A DNA stretch of 64,000 nucleotides. It comes from Hemiscyllium ocellatum. Taxonomy: Eukaryota. The notes under the pieces are model-generated. The model ran no database searches, was not told the origin of the DNA, and worked only from the letters and a program-made list of their open reading frames with translations. The stretch covers positions 49,972,001 through 50,036,000 of the forward strand of contig NC_083417.1 of the NCBI RefSeq assembly GCF_020745735.1. The letters are read 5' to 3'. Numbering within the stretch: the stretch's first letter is position 1; each line of letters begins with the position of its first letter. The position numbers were made by a program, and so were the translations under genes. This document shows positions 1-13,152 of the stretch, in pieces.

Positions 1-1720
1 CAATATAAATGACTTTACACTCTGCAATAACACATGGCTAGTTTGTAGAAATACCTAGAAATTACAAATCATTAATGTAAAATTCTGATGATGCCTCATG
101 ATTATTATATTATCTAATAATTATTATTTGTCATGCCTAAATGAATTATGAAACCTGAATATCAATCCAATGATAATCCAGTCCATTTATAACATATTAA
201 TTTATTACTAAGCACAAATGGTTCGTGATTGTGCCACTTGATATAGCAAAATTTAGCATCCTATCACATCATTCTGTAATATTCAGCTTCAGAAATGGAA
301 GATTAAAAATTACAATGGAGGATCTTGTGACATCTTAACTTTTTGTGTAAGACTACTGAGTCGGTTCCCAGTGCAGATTTATTGCAGTTACTACGAGTCA
401 ATGTGTTTTTGGTTGTGTTTTGAGATTGTGCCACACGCTCCATAAATAGTTCCGAGAATTAATTTTTTTTGACTAATTGTGGACAACACAGTGGTTGATA
501 AAAAAAATTGCTTTGTGATTTGCTCGCTGCATTCTCTGTTAATTTGTGCACTTGGACATAATGCTGTCAGTTAGCTGAGCATGCTCAGTGGCAAAGGCAG
601 GACTAATTTATTAAAGACATCCAAAAGTGCAAGAAGATTATTTAAAGGTGACATCTTGCAAGCTACTATAATACATAATGCAGCAAGATAACCATTAAAC
701 AGCTTCCATACCTGTTGGACAAGAACATAGACATGACATCTCAACTCTTTAGCATTCTCAGAAATGCTTTCGCAAGCCTCTTAAATTCTTTGTATAATAT
801 GGAGACCAAAAGTGTTTACAGAGGTAGCCTAACTGATTAAGTTTAACATCAGTTTTCCATTTAATATTAATTTAAACATAATTACTCTCATTATTCCAAC
901 AATTTAAACAAATAAAAACAAAAAAATCTCAGACAAATGTCCTAAAGTATCAGGTTCTGCATATATGTTGCCACTATTCTCTACAGTAACTTGGATATAG
1001 CAATCAGCATTGAATGGACAGTGTTCACTACTTAGCAAACTTAGATTGCACAAACATTCTATGGGCTTTTGAGTGGCAATTTAGAGCTACACAAGACTAT
1101 TTTCAATTCAGTGTCCTTTAAAGAATTCTCTGATTCATATGAGTAGGGTATGCAACAGTGAGGATTTTTGACAAATTGGATAGATAATTCCACATTGAGG
1201 CACGCAGCACCTAAACTAAGAAATACAAATTGGAATTTTAGTTGTCAAATTGCATACAGAAAGTTAAATAAAAGGAGGGAAAGAAAGATGAAATGATGGG
1301 AGAGAGTGATATAAGACGCTGAAAAATAAAGCTGAAAAATAGTTAATTTAAAAAAAACCTCCAACAAATATTTAAAATCTGGTGGAAGAGATTTAGGTTT
1401 ATACAATTAAACTTTTAGGGACAGCAAGGTTGTTTGGTAATTATTATGACTTACTAAATTGTTAAAAATGAATTTAAAGTTGAGTGCACCATCTATATCT
1501 TTTTATGGCATTTCAGTGGGGAACGAGTTGAATAGAGTAACTTAATGTCCTTTTGCCCGAAGAGCAAAACATACTGAACAGCACCTTCTACATTCTGTTT
1601 TGAAATGTGCTTGTGTGTATGCTGGAAATTACTGTCTTGAATATTCCACAATGATGATGAATGCTAATAATTTCACCATTATTCTTAATGTGAAATTTAG
1701 ACCAATATCCAAGAAGTAGC

Positions 1721-1955
1721 TTGCACATTCTCCCCGTGTCTGCGTGGGTTTCCTCCGGGTGCTTCGGTTTCCTCCCATAGTCCAAAAATGTGCAGGTCAG
1801 GTGAATTGGCCATGCTAAATTGCCCGTAGTGTTAGGTGAAGGGGTAAATGTAGGGGACTGGGTCTGGGTGGGTTGCGCCTCGGCGGGTCGGTGTGGACTT
1901 GTTGGGCCGAGGGGCCTGTTTCCACACTGTGAGTAAGTAATCTCATCTAATCTAA
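1721..1955 (+). mobile_element. 5'-truncated HE1-type V-SINE
   Basis: V-domain core ttgcacattctccccgtgtctgcgtgggtttcctccgggtgc, CR1-like tail ggcctgtttccacactgt and (ctaat)n end. Matches the copies at 19208 and 30405. Confidence 0.85.
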
Positions 1956-2851
1956 AAAAGCAGTATTGTTCAAACCCAAGCGAATGATGTTCACTCATTG
2001 AATTGTGGAATAACTGGCCAGGATGTACAGCCTTTGTTTCTGTCTGTCAAATAATTTTAAAGCACATTGTTTCTCAAATGTTTGAAACTTCAGGACAAGT
2101 TTTGGATATTCACCTCACTTGCTGATGATAATACATTAAAAGATAGCAATATGTGTACATGAGATATACCTATTGGCATGATCTGTGCTGCCAGTCAGTT
2201 GTTTGCAATAACCCTTGCAGGGAAAACAGCACTTTAAATGTTATACTAGATGATGGCATGGAAGCTGTTTAGTGGTTATCTTGCTGCATTATGAATTATA
2301 GTAACTTGCAAGATGTCTTGAAATGGTTAAAGGTGGATAAATCCCCCGGACCTGATCAGGTGTACCCGAGAACTCTGTGGGAAACTAGAGAAGTGATTGC
2401 TGGGTCTCTTGCTGAGATATTTGCTGGAGGTTGACAAACGTGGTGCCACTGTTTAAGAAGGGTGGTAAAGACAAGCCAGGGAACTATAGACCGGTGGGCC
2501 TGACCTCAGTGGCGGGCAAGTTGTTGGAGGGAATCCTGAGGGACAGGATGTACATGTATTTGGAAAGGCAAGGACTGATTCGGAATAGACAACATGGCTT
2601 TATGCGTGGGAAATCATGTCTCACAAATTTGATTGAGTTTTTTGAAGAAGTAACAAAGATGACTGATGAGGACAGAGCAGTAGATGTGATCTATATGGAC
2701 TTCAGTAAGGCGTTTGACAAGGTTCCCCGTGGGAGACTGATTAGCAAGGTTAGATCTCACGGAATACAGGGAGAACTAGCCATTTGGATACAGCTGCAAA
2801 TGTGTTGCTGGTCAAAGCACAGCAGGTTAGGCAGCATCTCAGGAATAGAGA

Positions 2852-2887
2852 ATTCGACGTTTCGAGCATAAGCCCTTCATCAGGAAT
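2852..2887 (-). ncRNA. Minimal type I hammerhead ribozyme motif (copy on the inverted arm)
   Basis: Exact reverse complement of 3271-3306. Confidence 0.78.
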
Positions 2888-3270
2888 AAGAGAGAGAGAG
2901 CCAAGCCGGCTGAGATAAAAGGTAGGGAGGAGGGACTAGGGGGAGGGGCGATGGAGGTGGGATAGGTGGACGGAGGTCAAGGTGAGGGTGATAGGCCGGA
3001 GTGGGGTGGGGGCGGAGAGGTCAGGAAGAGGATTGCAGGTTAGGAGGGCGGTGCTGAGTTGAGGGAACCGACTGAGACAAGGTGGGGGGAGGGCTCTCTC
3101 TCAGCACCGCCCTCCTAACTTGCAATCCTCTTCCTGACCTCTCCGCCCCCACCCCACTCCGGCCTATCACCCTCACCTTGACCTCCTTCCACCTATCCCA
3201 CCTCCATCGCCCCTCCCCCTAGTCCCTCCTCCCTACCTTTTATCTCAGCCGGCTTGGCTCTCTCTCTCTT

Positions 3271-3306
3271 ATTCCTGATGAAGGGCTTATGCTCGAAACG
3301 TCGAAT
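3271..3306 (+). ncRNA. Minimal type I hammerhead ribozyme motif
   Basis: AUUC-CUGAUGA-A-GGGC-UUAU-GCUC-GAAAC-GUC-GAAU. Full catalytic core, stem I AUUC/GAAU, stem II GGGC/GCUC and palindromic ACGU stem III. Predicted cut after C3302. Confidence 0.8.
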
Positions 3307-5282
3307 TCTCTATTCCTGAGATGCTGCCTAACCTGCTGTGCTTTGACCAGCAACACATTTGCAGCTGTGATCTCCAGCATCTGCAGACCTCATTTTTTAC
3401 CATTTGGATACAGAACTGGCTCAAAGGTAGAAGACAGAGGGTGGTGGTGGAGGGTTATTTTTCAGACTGGAGGCCTGTGACCAGTGGGTTGCCACAAGGA
3501 TCGGTGCTAGGTCCTCTACTTTTTGTCAATTACATAAATGATTTGGATGTGAGCATAAGAGGTACAGTTAGTAAGTTTGCAGATGACACCAAAATTGGAG
3601 GTGTAGTGGACAGTGAAGAGGGTTACCTCAGATTACAAGAGGATCTGGACCATATGGGCCAATGGGTTGAGAAGTGACAGGTGGAGTTTAATTCAGATAA
3701 ATGCGAGGTGCTACATTTTGGGAAAGCAAATCTTAGCAGGACTTATACACTTAATGGTAAGGTCCTAGGGAGTGTTGCTGAACAAAGAGACCTTGGAGTG
3801 CAGGTTCATAGCTCCTTGAAAGTGGAGTCGCAGGTAGATAGAATAGTGAAGAAGGCGTTTTGTATGCTTTTCTTTATTGGTCAGAGTATTGAGTACAGGA
3901 GTTGAGAGGTCATATTGTGGCTGTACTGGACATTGGTTAGGCTACTGTTGGAATATTGTGTGCAATTCTGGTCTCCTTCCTATCGGAAAGATGTTGTGAA
4001 ACTTGAAAGAGTTCAGAAAAGATTTACAAGGATGTTGCCAGGGTTGGAGGATTTGAGCTATAGGGAGAGTCTGAACAGGCTGGGGCTGTTTTCCCTGGAG
4101 AGTCGGAGGCTGAGGGGTGACCTTATAGAGGTTTACAAAATTATGAGGGGCATGGATAGGATAAATAGGCAAAGTCTTTTCCCTGGGGTTGGGGAGTCCA
4201 GAACTAGAAGGCATAGGTTTAGGTGAGAGGGGAAAGATATAAAAGAGACTTAAGGGGCAACATTTTCACGCAGAGGGTGGTACGTGTATGGAATGAGCTG
4301 CCAGAGGAAGTGGTGGAGGCTGGTACAATTGCAACATTTAAGAGGCATTTGGATGGGTATATGAATAGGAAGGGTTTGGAGGGCTATGGGCCAGGTGCTG
4401 GCAGGAGGGACTAGATTGGGTTGGGATATCTGGTCAGCATGGACAGGTTGGACTTGGAGGGCCTGTTTCCATGCTGTACATCTCAATGACTCTATGTTAC
4501 CTTATAATAATCTTCTTGCACTATTTCCATTCTCTGTTTTTTGTTGCTGTTGACTGGATGAGATGCCAATATCTGAATAACTCTTGTGCTGTCAATGGGT
4601 TATACTTGATATGAGGTATAAGCTTTACAATGAAAACAAAGCTCTCCGGTGATCATGACAAAATTCCTTTTATAACCAAAATGTGATTAAAATCTGGAAC
4701 ACAGTCCTTAAAAGCTGTTGAAGTTAGATCAATTGAAAATTTCAAGAAAAACTATACTTTTGTTAGGTGCATTCTGGAACCAAGGTGGATAACGGTGCAG
4801 AAAGGGACAGATGATCTCTTTTTAATGAGAGAGCAGTTTCAATGGGCTGGATGATCTACATGAGAGTTGTGAAAGCCAAACTTCAGTACTCTGTATCAGA
4901 GGATTAACATTTTATTTTTATAAATTGATTACATTAAGGACACTTAAGGCCATTTAGGAGATAACAAGATTACATCAATAAACTTGAGTCTCCATATTTT
5001 TCTCTCCTGTGTTGGAGAATATCTGAAGGAATGCCACAAAGTTATATTGTACCTTTTTGCAAAATTCTGAAATTCCAGAAGAAATAAAACTTTATTAAGC
5101 TGTCAGGAGGTTTCTTGTACAGACGTGACACCTTATTAAATGGTACGTCCATTGGCTGACAACACAAATAATCTTCAGCTGAGCAATGGTTTAGAATAGC
5201 GTGATGCAGGGTTGGCTGCAGGGAATGGAAAGCATACCGGTTTGGAAGCACTGTGCAGAGGAATACACTTTTTATTCATCCA

Positions 5283-6100
5283 CAGCAATGTGGACATTTC
5301 AGATAACCCAATATTTACTGCCCATTCTTAATTGTCTTGCACAAGGTGGTGGTGATCTACTTTCTTGAACTGCTGCAGTCCTTGGGGTGTAGGAACACCC
5401 ACAATGATGGTTGGAAAGGACTTACAGAACTTTGACCCAGCACTAGTGAGGACTTTAGTTCCAAGTCATGATAATGTGTGGAAGGGAAGTTCAAGTCACA
5501 GTATTCCCATGTATCTGCAGCCCTTATCCTTCAAGGTGGTAGAATTCTTGGTGAGTTACTGCGGTGTATCCTCTGGATAGTCATACTGCTGCCACTGTGT
5601 ATTGATGGTGGAGAAATGAATGTTGAATGAGGCAGGAATCATGCAAGCTACTTTGCCCTGGATAGTTTTGAGCTGCGTGCATATTATTTGAACTGAATCC
5701 ATCCAGGAAATATATTCCATTGCACACCTGACTTATGTATGTAGTTGGTGGACAAGCATTGGGAAGACAGGTGATGAGTTACCTACTGCAGAATCACTGG
5801 TCTCTCACCTGTCCTAGTAACCAAAGTACTTATGTGGCTGTTCCAGTTCAGATTTTGGTCAATGGTAACTCCTAGGAATTTGATAGTGATTTTGTTTTGG
5901 TAAAGCCATTGAAGGTGCTGGTTAGATTGTTTCACATTTGAGATAGACATTGCATGGTTTTGGGGGCCTGAAACTTTGTCAGGTCTTGCTGGATATGGAT
6001 TGGGACTACTTCCATTTCTGAGGAGTGTCAAATGTGCCGACTATCCTCATTTCTAGCCTCGTAATGAAGGAAAGTTCAGTAAAAGAGCAGCTGAAGAGTC
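5283..6100 (-). mobile_element. Old CR1/L2-group LINE 3' fragment
   Basis: Remnant FLGVTIDQNLNWNSHISTLVTR (RT C-terminal region). Related 3' ends lie near 16490 and at 20445-20810. Confidence 0.6.
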
Positions 6101-6949
6101 TTGGACCTAGGATATTAAAGAATTCTTGCTATTTAACATTCATGTTGCTTACCACACTGAAATATAATGCATGGGTGCAAACTGAGATTAAATCTAACGT
6201 ATTCGGGTAACTTGTGCTGTTGAACTCTAATGCTGTGATGCAGCACGCCTTTGAATAGACTGGATGATTGCAAATGAGGTAACCTTTGTGCTTTGCATGT
6301 AATCAACAATTTTCATACACTGTCTCTCCAAAGAGAAGTTCAAATTTCAATAATTCTTTTGGATAATGGCATGTAAAGTTATTGAATAGAACAAATACAG
6401 TTTGCATTTTAAGACTGATCCACCAAAGGAGAGATTAGTGCAGATGAATAACTATAACAAAATGTAAGGTTAGAAAAGTGATGAAAGAAGGAAGACAGGT
6501 AGAAAGACAAAGACATTAAGGGATGGAATTCTAGTGCTGAGGACCAAGGCAGCGGAAGGCATGGCCATCAAAGTTAGAATGATTAAAGCTGCAGGAATAA
6601 CAGCAACCAAAATTGGATTGGTATAAAGATCTCAAAGTCTTGAAGAGCTGGAAAATGTTACACAGATATGAAATAATGTGGCCATGGAGAAATATTCAAA
6701 TAAAGATGAAGACTCAAAAATGGAAGACGGATGTATTTCAAGCTTAAGTATTTTGAGAGTCACTGTAGGAAAATGTCATAGAGTTAAAAGTCAGCAGTCT
6801 TGATGATGGATTGGATATGTGGTTTGAAGCTCATCTTGAGGTCAAACAGCTCAAGGGGACAAAAGCTTCAAACAGTTGCCAGGGAAGGGAATGAAAATTG
6901 TGGTCAATGAACAAAGATTGTAGGAAGTGGTTTTGATCTTCCCAATATT

Positions 6950-7280
6950 TCCAAGACCTGAGTACAAAAATCAAAGTTGACACTCCAGTCATACTGCCGG
7001 AATACCACACTTTCTATGGAGAAGATTTTAAAGTTTGTCCTCTTAATAAAAGATCACATGACCGATTTCAAAGACAGCAGGAGAGTATCCCTGTTGTCTT
7101 GGCCGGTATCTATCCCTTAATCAACATCACAAAAACAGATCATCTGGTTATCATCACATTTGTCTTTCTAGAAACTTGCTGTCCACATACTGATTATTGT
7201 ACTTACTGAGTTATAACAGTGATTACATTTTAAAAGCACTTCATTCGCTGTAAAGTGCTTTAGCATGACCAGTGGTCATG
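6950..7280 (+). mobile_element. Degenerate Deu-domain SINE (SacSINE1/AmnSINE1-related)
   Basis: aaagatcacatg...tatctatcccttaatcaacatcac...catctggttatcatcacatt...cttcattcgctgtaaagtgcttt resembles the Deu-SINE core and tail as I recall them. Boundaries are approximate. Confidence 0.65.
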
Positions 7281-8341
7281 AAAAATACAAATAAATAAAC
7301 CATTTTTTCCTCTTTACTTTTGCTAATTGATTTTGGAGATTGTGGCCAGTTTTGAAGGTGGGGCCAATTTCTAAAACCATGTTTTCTTTTTAAATCAACA
7401 TTCAAAATAATGAAGCTCAATTTATGTTTATCGTAAATTTTGTTTAAAAGTCCTTGATCTTTTACACTAGTTTGATGAGTTTTTGGCAACTTGCAACAGT
7501 AAAATCAACAAACAGAAATTCAAAGCCAATACATTGTTGAATAAATGATGAGTGGAGAAATTAATGAGACAGACTGCTGTACTTTGTCCATGGTCCAAAT
7601 TTCTCTAATCTAGTGATTACCCTTGCCAGAATAACGTTGTTATCTGTTGTTTTCCAATATTGTTGAATCTGTTACATCTTTCACTGCGTTTGACTTGATG
7701 AACCTTGGCATTGTCTCAACTATTTACTGTGGCAGTGTCCTGCAGTATAATTTTTATCGTAACTTGAAAAGAAGGCACTAACCCCTTCTACAATCAGTGC
7801 ACGAGACAATTATGGTCATCATGTGATGGCCTGGAGGTTCTTCTCCAGAGAGTGCCCAAATTGGCTGTGATTGCTTTTGTTTGACAGTTTGCTTCTTGGC
7901 AACATATTGAAAATTGCTTCATCTGGGCAATGTCATGAACAGGTCCGGCTGCACTAGTGATACATTGATGAAAGAGAATGAACAAGAGAACAGCATGTTA
8001 TGGAATAGCTCCTCAGCATCTGGTCTTTGTAACATAGTTTGTTGATGTTTTCAGCCTGGAAAGGTAATGCCCCTTCAGAGGTGCAGTAATCTAGAGTACA
8101 AACAAAAGTCAGCTGTTGAGTTCATTAGACTTGAAGGCGAGCGGATGTTTTATCTTGCTCTTAATATACAATAATTTTGATTTAGACACTGGCTCCGTTA
8201 AAAGCCTTACATTGTCGCTGATGTATAACCTGTTCATTATGTACACAGAAAATTATAATGCAAACCATTTGCTTGATTTATCAAGTTAAAAGGTAGCCCT
8301 ATGGCTTGCGCTATCATCAATATTTATTCCTAAAACCTATT

Positions 8342-8568
8342 AGGAGAAAGTGAGGACTGCAGATGCTGGAGATCAGAGCTGAAAATGTGTTGCTGGAAAA
8401 GCACAGCAGGTCAGGCAGCATCAGGCAGGTCAGGAGCAGGAGAATCGCCGTTTCGGGCACAAGCCCTTCTTCAGGAAGAAGATTCCTGAAGAATAATCCT
8501 CATTCCTGAAGAATACCTCCTTGGATGCTGCCTGACCTGCTGCACTTTTCCAGCAACACATTTTCAGC
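8342..8568. mobile_element. Penelope-like mini fold-back insertion
   Basis: Tail gaggactgcagatgctggagatc, then inverted arms gagctgaaaatgtgttgctggaaaag...cttttccagcaacacattttcagctc. 14-bp duplication tcctaaaacctatt at 8328-8341 and 8569-8582. Damaged hammerhead in the centre. Confidence 0.82.
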
Positions 8569-9096
8569 TCCTAAAACCTATTGCTCATTTTGCTGTTGAG
8601 AGTGTTTGAGAGTCAGGCCATTTGTGGTTCATAAATTGCACTCCTGACTGATTTGCAACATTGTCTGGGATTTTCTTTATCCTTTTCCCCAGGTTTCAGG
8701 CTCACAGTGCAGATTGTAAACTGTAACCCTATTGAAGAATGAGAGCAGGTGCAGAGGAGTCTATTGTAAAGGCTTGCTTTTGTCTTGCCAACATCAGTGC
8801 AATGCTTAACATTGTTTAAAGCCTCCTCCCTCCAACCTCACCCAATCACACCCCACACCTGCCACTCCATGAATTTGTCATAGGCACTCACCCTGTATAC
8901 AATGTGTACAGTCTTTGGATGCCATACAACAAAAAATATTTGCATTTCTTGGGGAAAAAGAACAAACCTCTCATTCCCTAATAACAGCCTCCATCAAATA
9001 CATTATCATTAATATTGAAAATGACTGTATTAAAAACATCTGCTTTATAATACAACTCAAAAGTGACAATTTGAAGGTGTGAGGATATTATACTTA

Positions 9097-9443
9097 TTTG
9101 GATGCAAGTTTACTCACTGAGCTGGAAGGTTCATTTTCAAATGTTTCGTCACCATACTCGGTAACATCATCAGTGAGCCTCCGGTGAAGCACTGGTGTTA
9201 GTGACCCGCTTTCTGTTTATGTGTTTAGGTTTCCTTGGGTTGGTGATATCATTTGCTGTGGTGGTGTCATTTCCTGTTCTTTTTTCTCAGTGAGTGGTAA
9301 ATGGGGTCCAAGTTGATGTGTTTGTTGAAAGAATTTAGATTGGAATGTCATCCTTCTAGGAATTCTCGTGCATGTCTCTGTTCACTCAGTGAGCAAACTT
9401 ATATCCCGAACCTCAACCTGAGCTACAAATCTTCTCAAAACTC
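9097..9443 (-). mobile_element. Penelope-like 3' fragment from a different family, with short inverted pLTR and tail
   Basis: Minus strand reads QRHAREFLEG*HSNLNSFNKHINLDPIY (GIY-YIG C-terminus-like). Hammerhead-like CUGAUGA-U-GUUACC-GAGUAU-GGUGAC-GAAAC at 9137-9176. Inverted repeat aagtttactcactgag/ctcagtgagcaaactt. 10-bp duplication attatactta at 9087-9096 and 9444-9453. Confidence 0.78.
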
Positions 9444-11723
9444 ATTATACTTAGTTTTCAGACTACCAATGATTCTTCAGCAGGCTCTCTATTTTCTTTG
9501 TAAACTCTCAAACTTGCTGTATGTTTAATGTGCATCTAAATCCAACAACACTGGATGCAAATGGTGTAAGGAAATGGGGAACCCATCCCCAACAGCAGAT
9601 AATCCATGATTCAAACTCTATGCATTCTCGACACACAGAAAGACCAGAGTGAAATGTTGCAGGGTTGGGATTGAGGAGGAAAACTAGATCTTTGGGAAAG
9701 AAATTTGAAGTGTGTCTGTTTGACCAAATTGGACACATTTGGTCTCTTGCATCAAACCCTATTTTGAAGCATTTGTTATCACACAGGAAGGTGGGGTGAG
9801 CTGATGATAAACACCAGTCTCTGAACTCAACCACATTTCCATTTCACAGAGAGAGCATTTTTGTTTAGGAAGTGGTTTGTTTTGTATCTCTTCATTAAAC
9901 AGAATCATGAAATGTCAGTATAGCATCTTGAGGTATAGTAGTGGAATGGTTTTGTTACTGTACTTGGTGGGCCCTCTCAGCTGGAAAGCCAACCAGAAGC
10001 TAGTTAGCTTTAAAGCAGCAGCAGGTTGAGTTGGAGGTAAATTAGGGTGCATTAACATGGAAGGTTCCATTCTTCACCATTTTCAAAGTTTAAAAATAAG
10101 AAGTGGCCCATTCAGGTAGGCTGTGAATGTGTGTGTGGAGGAATGTGAGAGTTCACATGGATGCAAGTAGGAGAATTATTAAGTCAATGGTTCCTGATTT
10201 TGATTTTTATTCTTCCAATATTTCTATTCTACCAGTATGGACTAGATAAGAAACCTGGCATTGTGCACACATATGATAAAATAGTTATTTTGGAATGCAA
10301 ATAACTTTATAAAATATCATCTGATTTGAATAGATGTCAGTCAATCTTCTAGTTTGCTGTTAAATAAATCCAACTATAGAAATAGTCAAGCCTATAATAG
10401 ATAATATTTTGTGCTATATTACTGGTAGCATCCACCTACATTTCTGGACTTGTACTGTCCAGTGTACAACCGTTTGGGCTTTTTCTGAAGGTTTCTTTGG
10501 TCTAAAGGCATGAATTAACCAGCTGTTCACTTGGATTGATTCTGGTGGTGCACCATCTTGATGGCCTGTTTTGATCCATTTTGATTCTGGTACTTGTTAC
10601 CATACCCATTGAATTCCAATTGTGCAATATTGACAGCTTCCAAATCTACATCACCCTAACCTTTCTCCACCTCTAAATCCAACATTACATCACCAATTCC
10701 ACACTAAGTAAACTCCAATTTGTCTAAAATTCTGCGTGTTACTCTTTGCCACACGCTGATTTGCTAACAACATTGCTGTCTCTAACCTCAGTAGTTCGAA
10801 ACATCCAAATGTATCAAAGTCCAAATCATCACCTTTGTTTATGAATACCCCTCTTTATTCCTTCAATTATCCCTCAATATAGATTCTTTGCTTTCCAAAC
10901 TTTTGCACCCTTTGAATTTCTCGTCCTTCAGCTGCCATCAATATATAAACATTCATATTTTGGAGCCCTTTCTCCAAACATTCTCATTTTTCTACACCAC
11001 ATTCCATCTCAGAAAACTCTGTGAAACCTGCCTCTCTGAAAATATTCAGTTATCTCCCACAGGCCTTCACTCTTGGCTCCTAAATGACAGTTCATTTCTG
11101 GAAAATGCCTTGAATGCTTTCTTTTAATTATTTTCTTGAGTATTCATTGAGGTGAGAGGGAGTATGTCAAGCATCACATATTAGACCGCCGGGTGCAAAA
11201 TCAAGCTCTCGAGATTATACCCCCAAGAGTTTGGGCTTATCCCCAATGACAGAATAGCACCCTCTACAGGACATTTTCTAATTTTCTAAATCCATTAACT
11301 TTTCACTATTGCTACTTCATTCCGCATTTGGCCTTAATAACCATTAGAAAGGAAATAAGGGGAGGAATTATATGCAAGGCCAGATGTGAACTGTCAGTTT
11401 GCAACTCACGTATCACCATGTATCTCCTGACTCTTTTTACCATGTTTAAATATAAGTAAATGCTTGAACTTGAATGAAAATGAAGCAATTGGTGATGTCG
11501 ATCAGCAATAAAATGTTGGCATCTCAAATGGATTGGCAGTGCTGAAAAAATGTTAACATTGACAGTAGTAAAGCTATTGAAATGATATTTTAAAACTTTC
11601 ATATGAAAAATATTAAATATTGTTGAAAGAACAATGTAAATTTTTGCTCATGAGAGTGTGAAATTCTCTTGAAATGTTCTGTGAGCTTGATGAATTATAG
11701 GAACACTTCCCTTGTGTCTGCAG

Positions 11724-11827
11724 GTCTGGATCGATGCAGCAACTCAGATCTTTTATTCCCTTGGTGCTGGATTTGGAGTTATAATTGCATTTTCCAGTTA
11801 TAACAAATTTGATAACAACTGCTATCG
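11724..11827 (+). CDS. slc6a2: SLC6 monoamine transporter (NET-like), internal exon, TM6; 104 nt, phase 0-2
   Basis: Acceptor ttgtgtctgcag| and donor |gtaaga. Translates [41 protein letters not shown] and NKFDNNCY are NET-type (DAT has LGVGFG and NKFTNNCY). Missed by the ORF track. Confidence 0.93.
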
Positions 11828-12226
11828 GTAAGACTCTGAATGTTCATACTAAAAGTAACTGTGGGTCGCAGCCATTTCTTGCTCCACAGGTTTCTACTTG
11901 ATAGGCACATGGAATATTTCTCATCCTTTGGTTCCTTCTATATTGTTCATTTCCATAATCTGAATATAAGACACACTAGTCACATAGACAAAGGTGAAAA
12001 CTGAACAAATACCAATCTGTGGGCACATGCAGTGTTATAACCAAAGTTTGTTTATCTTTTTTGCTTCAGTTGTTTAATTGTTAAGTCATGCACATTACTC
12101 ATTTTGAAGAATTGTGAAATTTTTCTTGTTCACTTCATGGAACACAAAGTATAGACACACAGAAAAAGAAAATCATTAGACTTGTAAAGGAAATCCTGTA
12201 GATTATTTGTAAATGTGTTTGAATAA

Positions 12227-13152
12227 TGTTACGACTGAGGTTGGAGGAATTCACTGTCTCTCGCTCTCTAGTTTCACCCTTCAGTGGTCATAATATATAT
12301 TTAAATGCTTTACTCAGTCATGAATATGGCCAATTATATATTTTACTTATATTAGGTTTAGAATAAAACGATCCGTCAACCAGAATTCCTTAATAAATAA
12401 CAAAATGATTGATTTATCATAAAAATGAGACTTATTTGATGAAGATGTAAAGCTGACTGACACACAGTTTGAAATATGAAATTTTAAATATTTTCCCTTC
12501 TAAATACTGACCAGCAAATTTGCATGCGCACATATATGTACATGCAGGCATGCAAATAAGCAAAATGAAAAAACATTGTCAGCAAACATTAATTTTGAAG
12601 AAAAAAGACACTTTGGTGAATAACTGGCAGTTCTTGAAGGAAGAAAGGATAGTCTGTGAAATGTTCCAGGTGGCTTTCAGCCAGTGTCCTGACGCATGTA
12701 GACATGTGTTTACATGAAAGCAGCTGGCAGTTGTCCTTGGGACCTTTGCAGAGAGTCATCCTCCAGGAATCATTCAGACAAACTCTTTCAGAGGATTTTT
12801 CAGACAACAGCTGGATCTGTTATTACAGTGAACCCTCAAAAGAGTTTTCTCAGAAAGGTAGAGGATGAGCTGGGGAGCTTCTCTCTCTTTCTTTGCAAGT
12901 TATTGGGAATTTAGTTGGGGTACAATATCAAATAGCCATAACTCTTGGTGGTCACAAACATACAGCTGATTCCCAGTAAATCCAGCAAGTAGCAATTTTA
13001 GCTTAAACCATGTTATTTCTAATAGTTGATTTTCCGATAACCTGTTTTTAAAAATATATCATCTCAGCTCTCCAAATTAATCACTGTCCACAATCTTTTA
13101 AACATGAATTCACAAAAAAGTACAAATACAACATTAGTTCCTCTTTCATAAC
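12227..13152. mobile_element. Possible old solo LTR
   Basis: Starts tgttacga and ends tcataac, and the size is LTR-like. No clear target duplication. Confidence 0.3.

Larger units (their letters stand above)
2794..3399. mobile_element. Penelope-like fold-back insertion (inverted pLTR pair plus 3' tail)
   Basis: Inverted arms at 2791-3058 and 3100-3367 (268 nt each, 2 mismatches seen), then a ~30 nt unpaired tail. 14-bp duplication ccatttggatacag at 2780-2793 and 3400-3413. Same sequence as the element at 56181, which retains the end of a GIY-YIG-type ORF. Confidence 0.85.
2311..4496 (+). mobile_element. 5'-truncated CR1 LINE (ORF2 reverse transcriptase region, degenerate), interrupted by a Penelope-like insertion
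   Basis: Broken ORFs with PGNYRPV, YMDFSKAFDKV, PQGSVLGP, KFADDTK, LEYCVQFWSP and LRGDLIEVYK. 3' tail gactctatg. Confidence 0.92.

Noticed and set aside
1588-1998. 136-aa ORF, and similar ORFs at 17707, 19245 and 47112 (KPEHPEETHADTGR-type peptides)
   Set aside because: These are translations of HE1/V-SINE sequence, not genes.
8342-8568. DNA-transposon MITE interpretation of the fold-back elements
   Set aside because: The inverted arms are asymmetric (one-sided tail), the duplications vary from 10 to 16 bp, and homologous single-arm copies extend into a Penelope-type ORF end.
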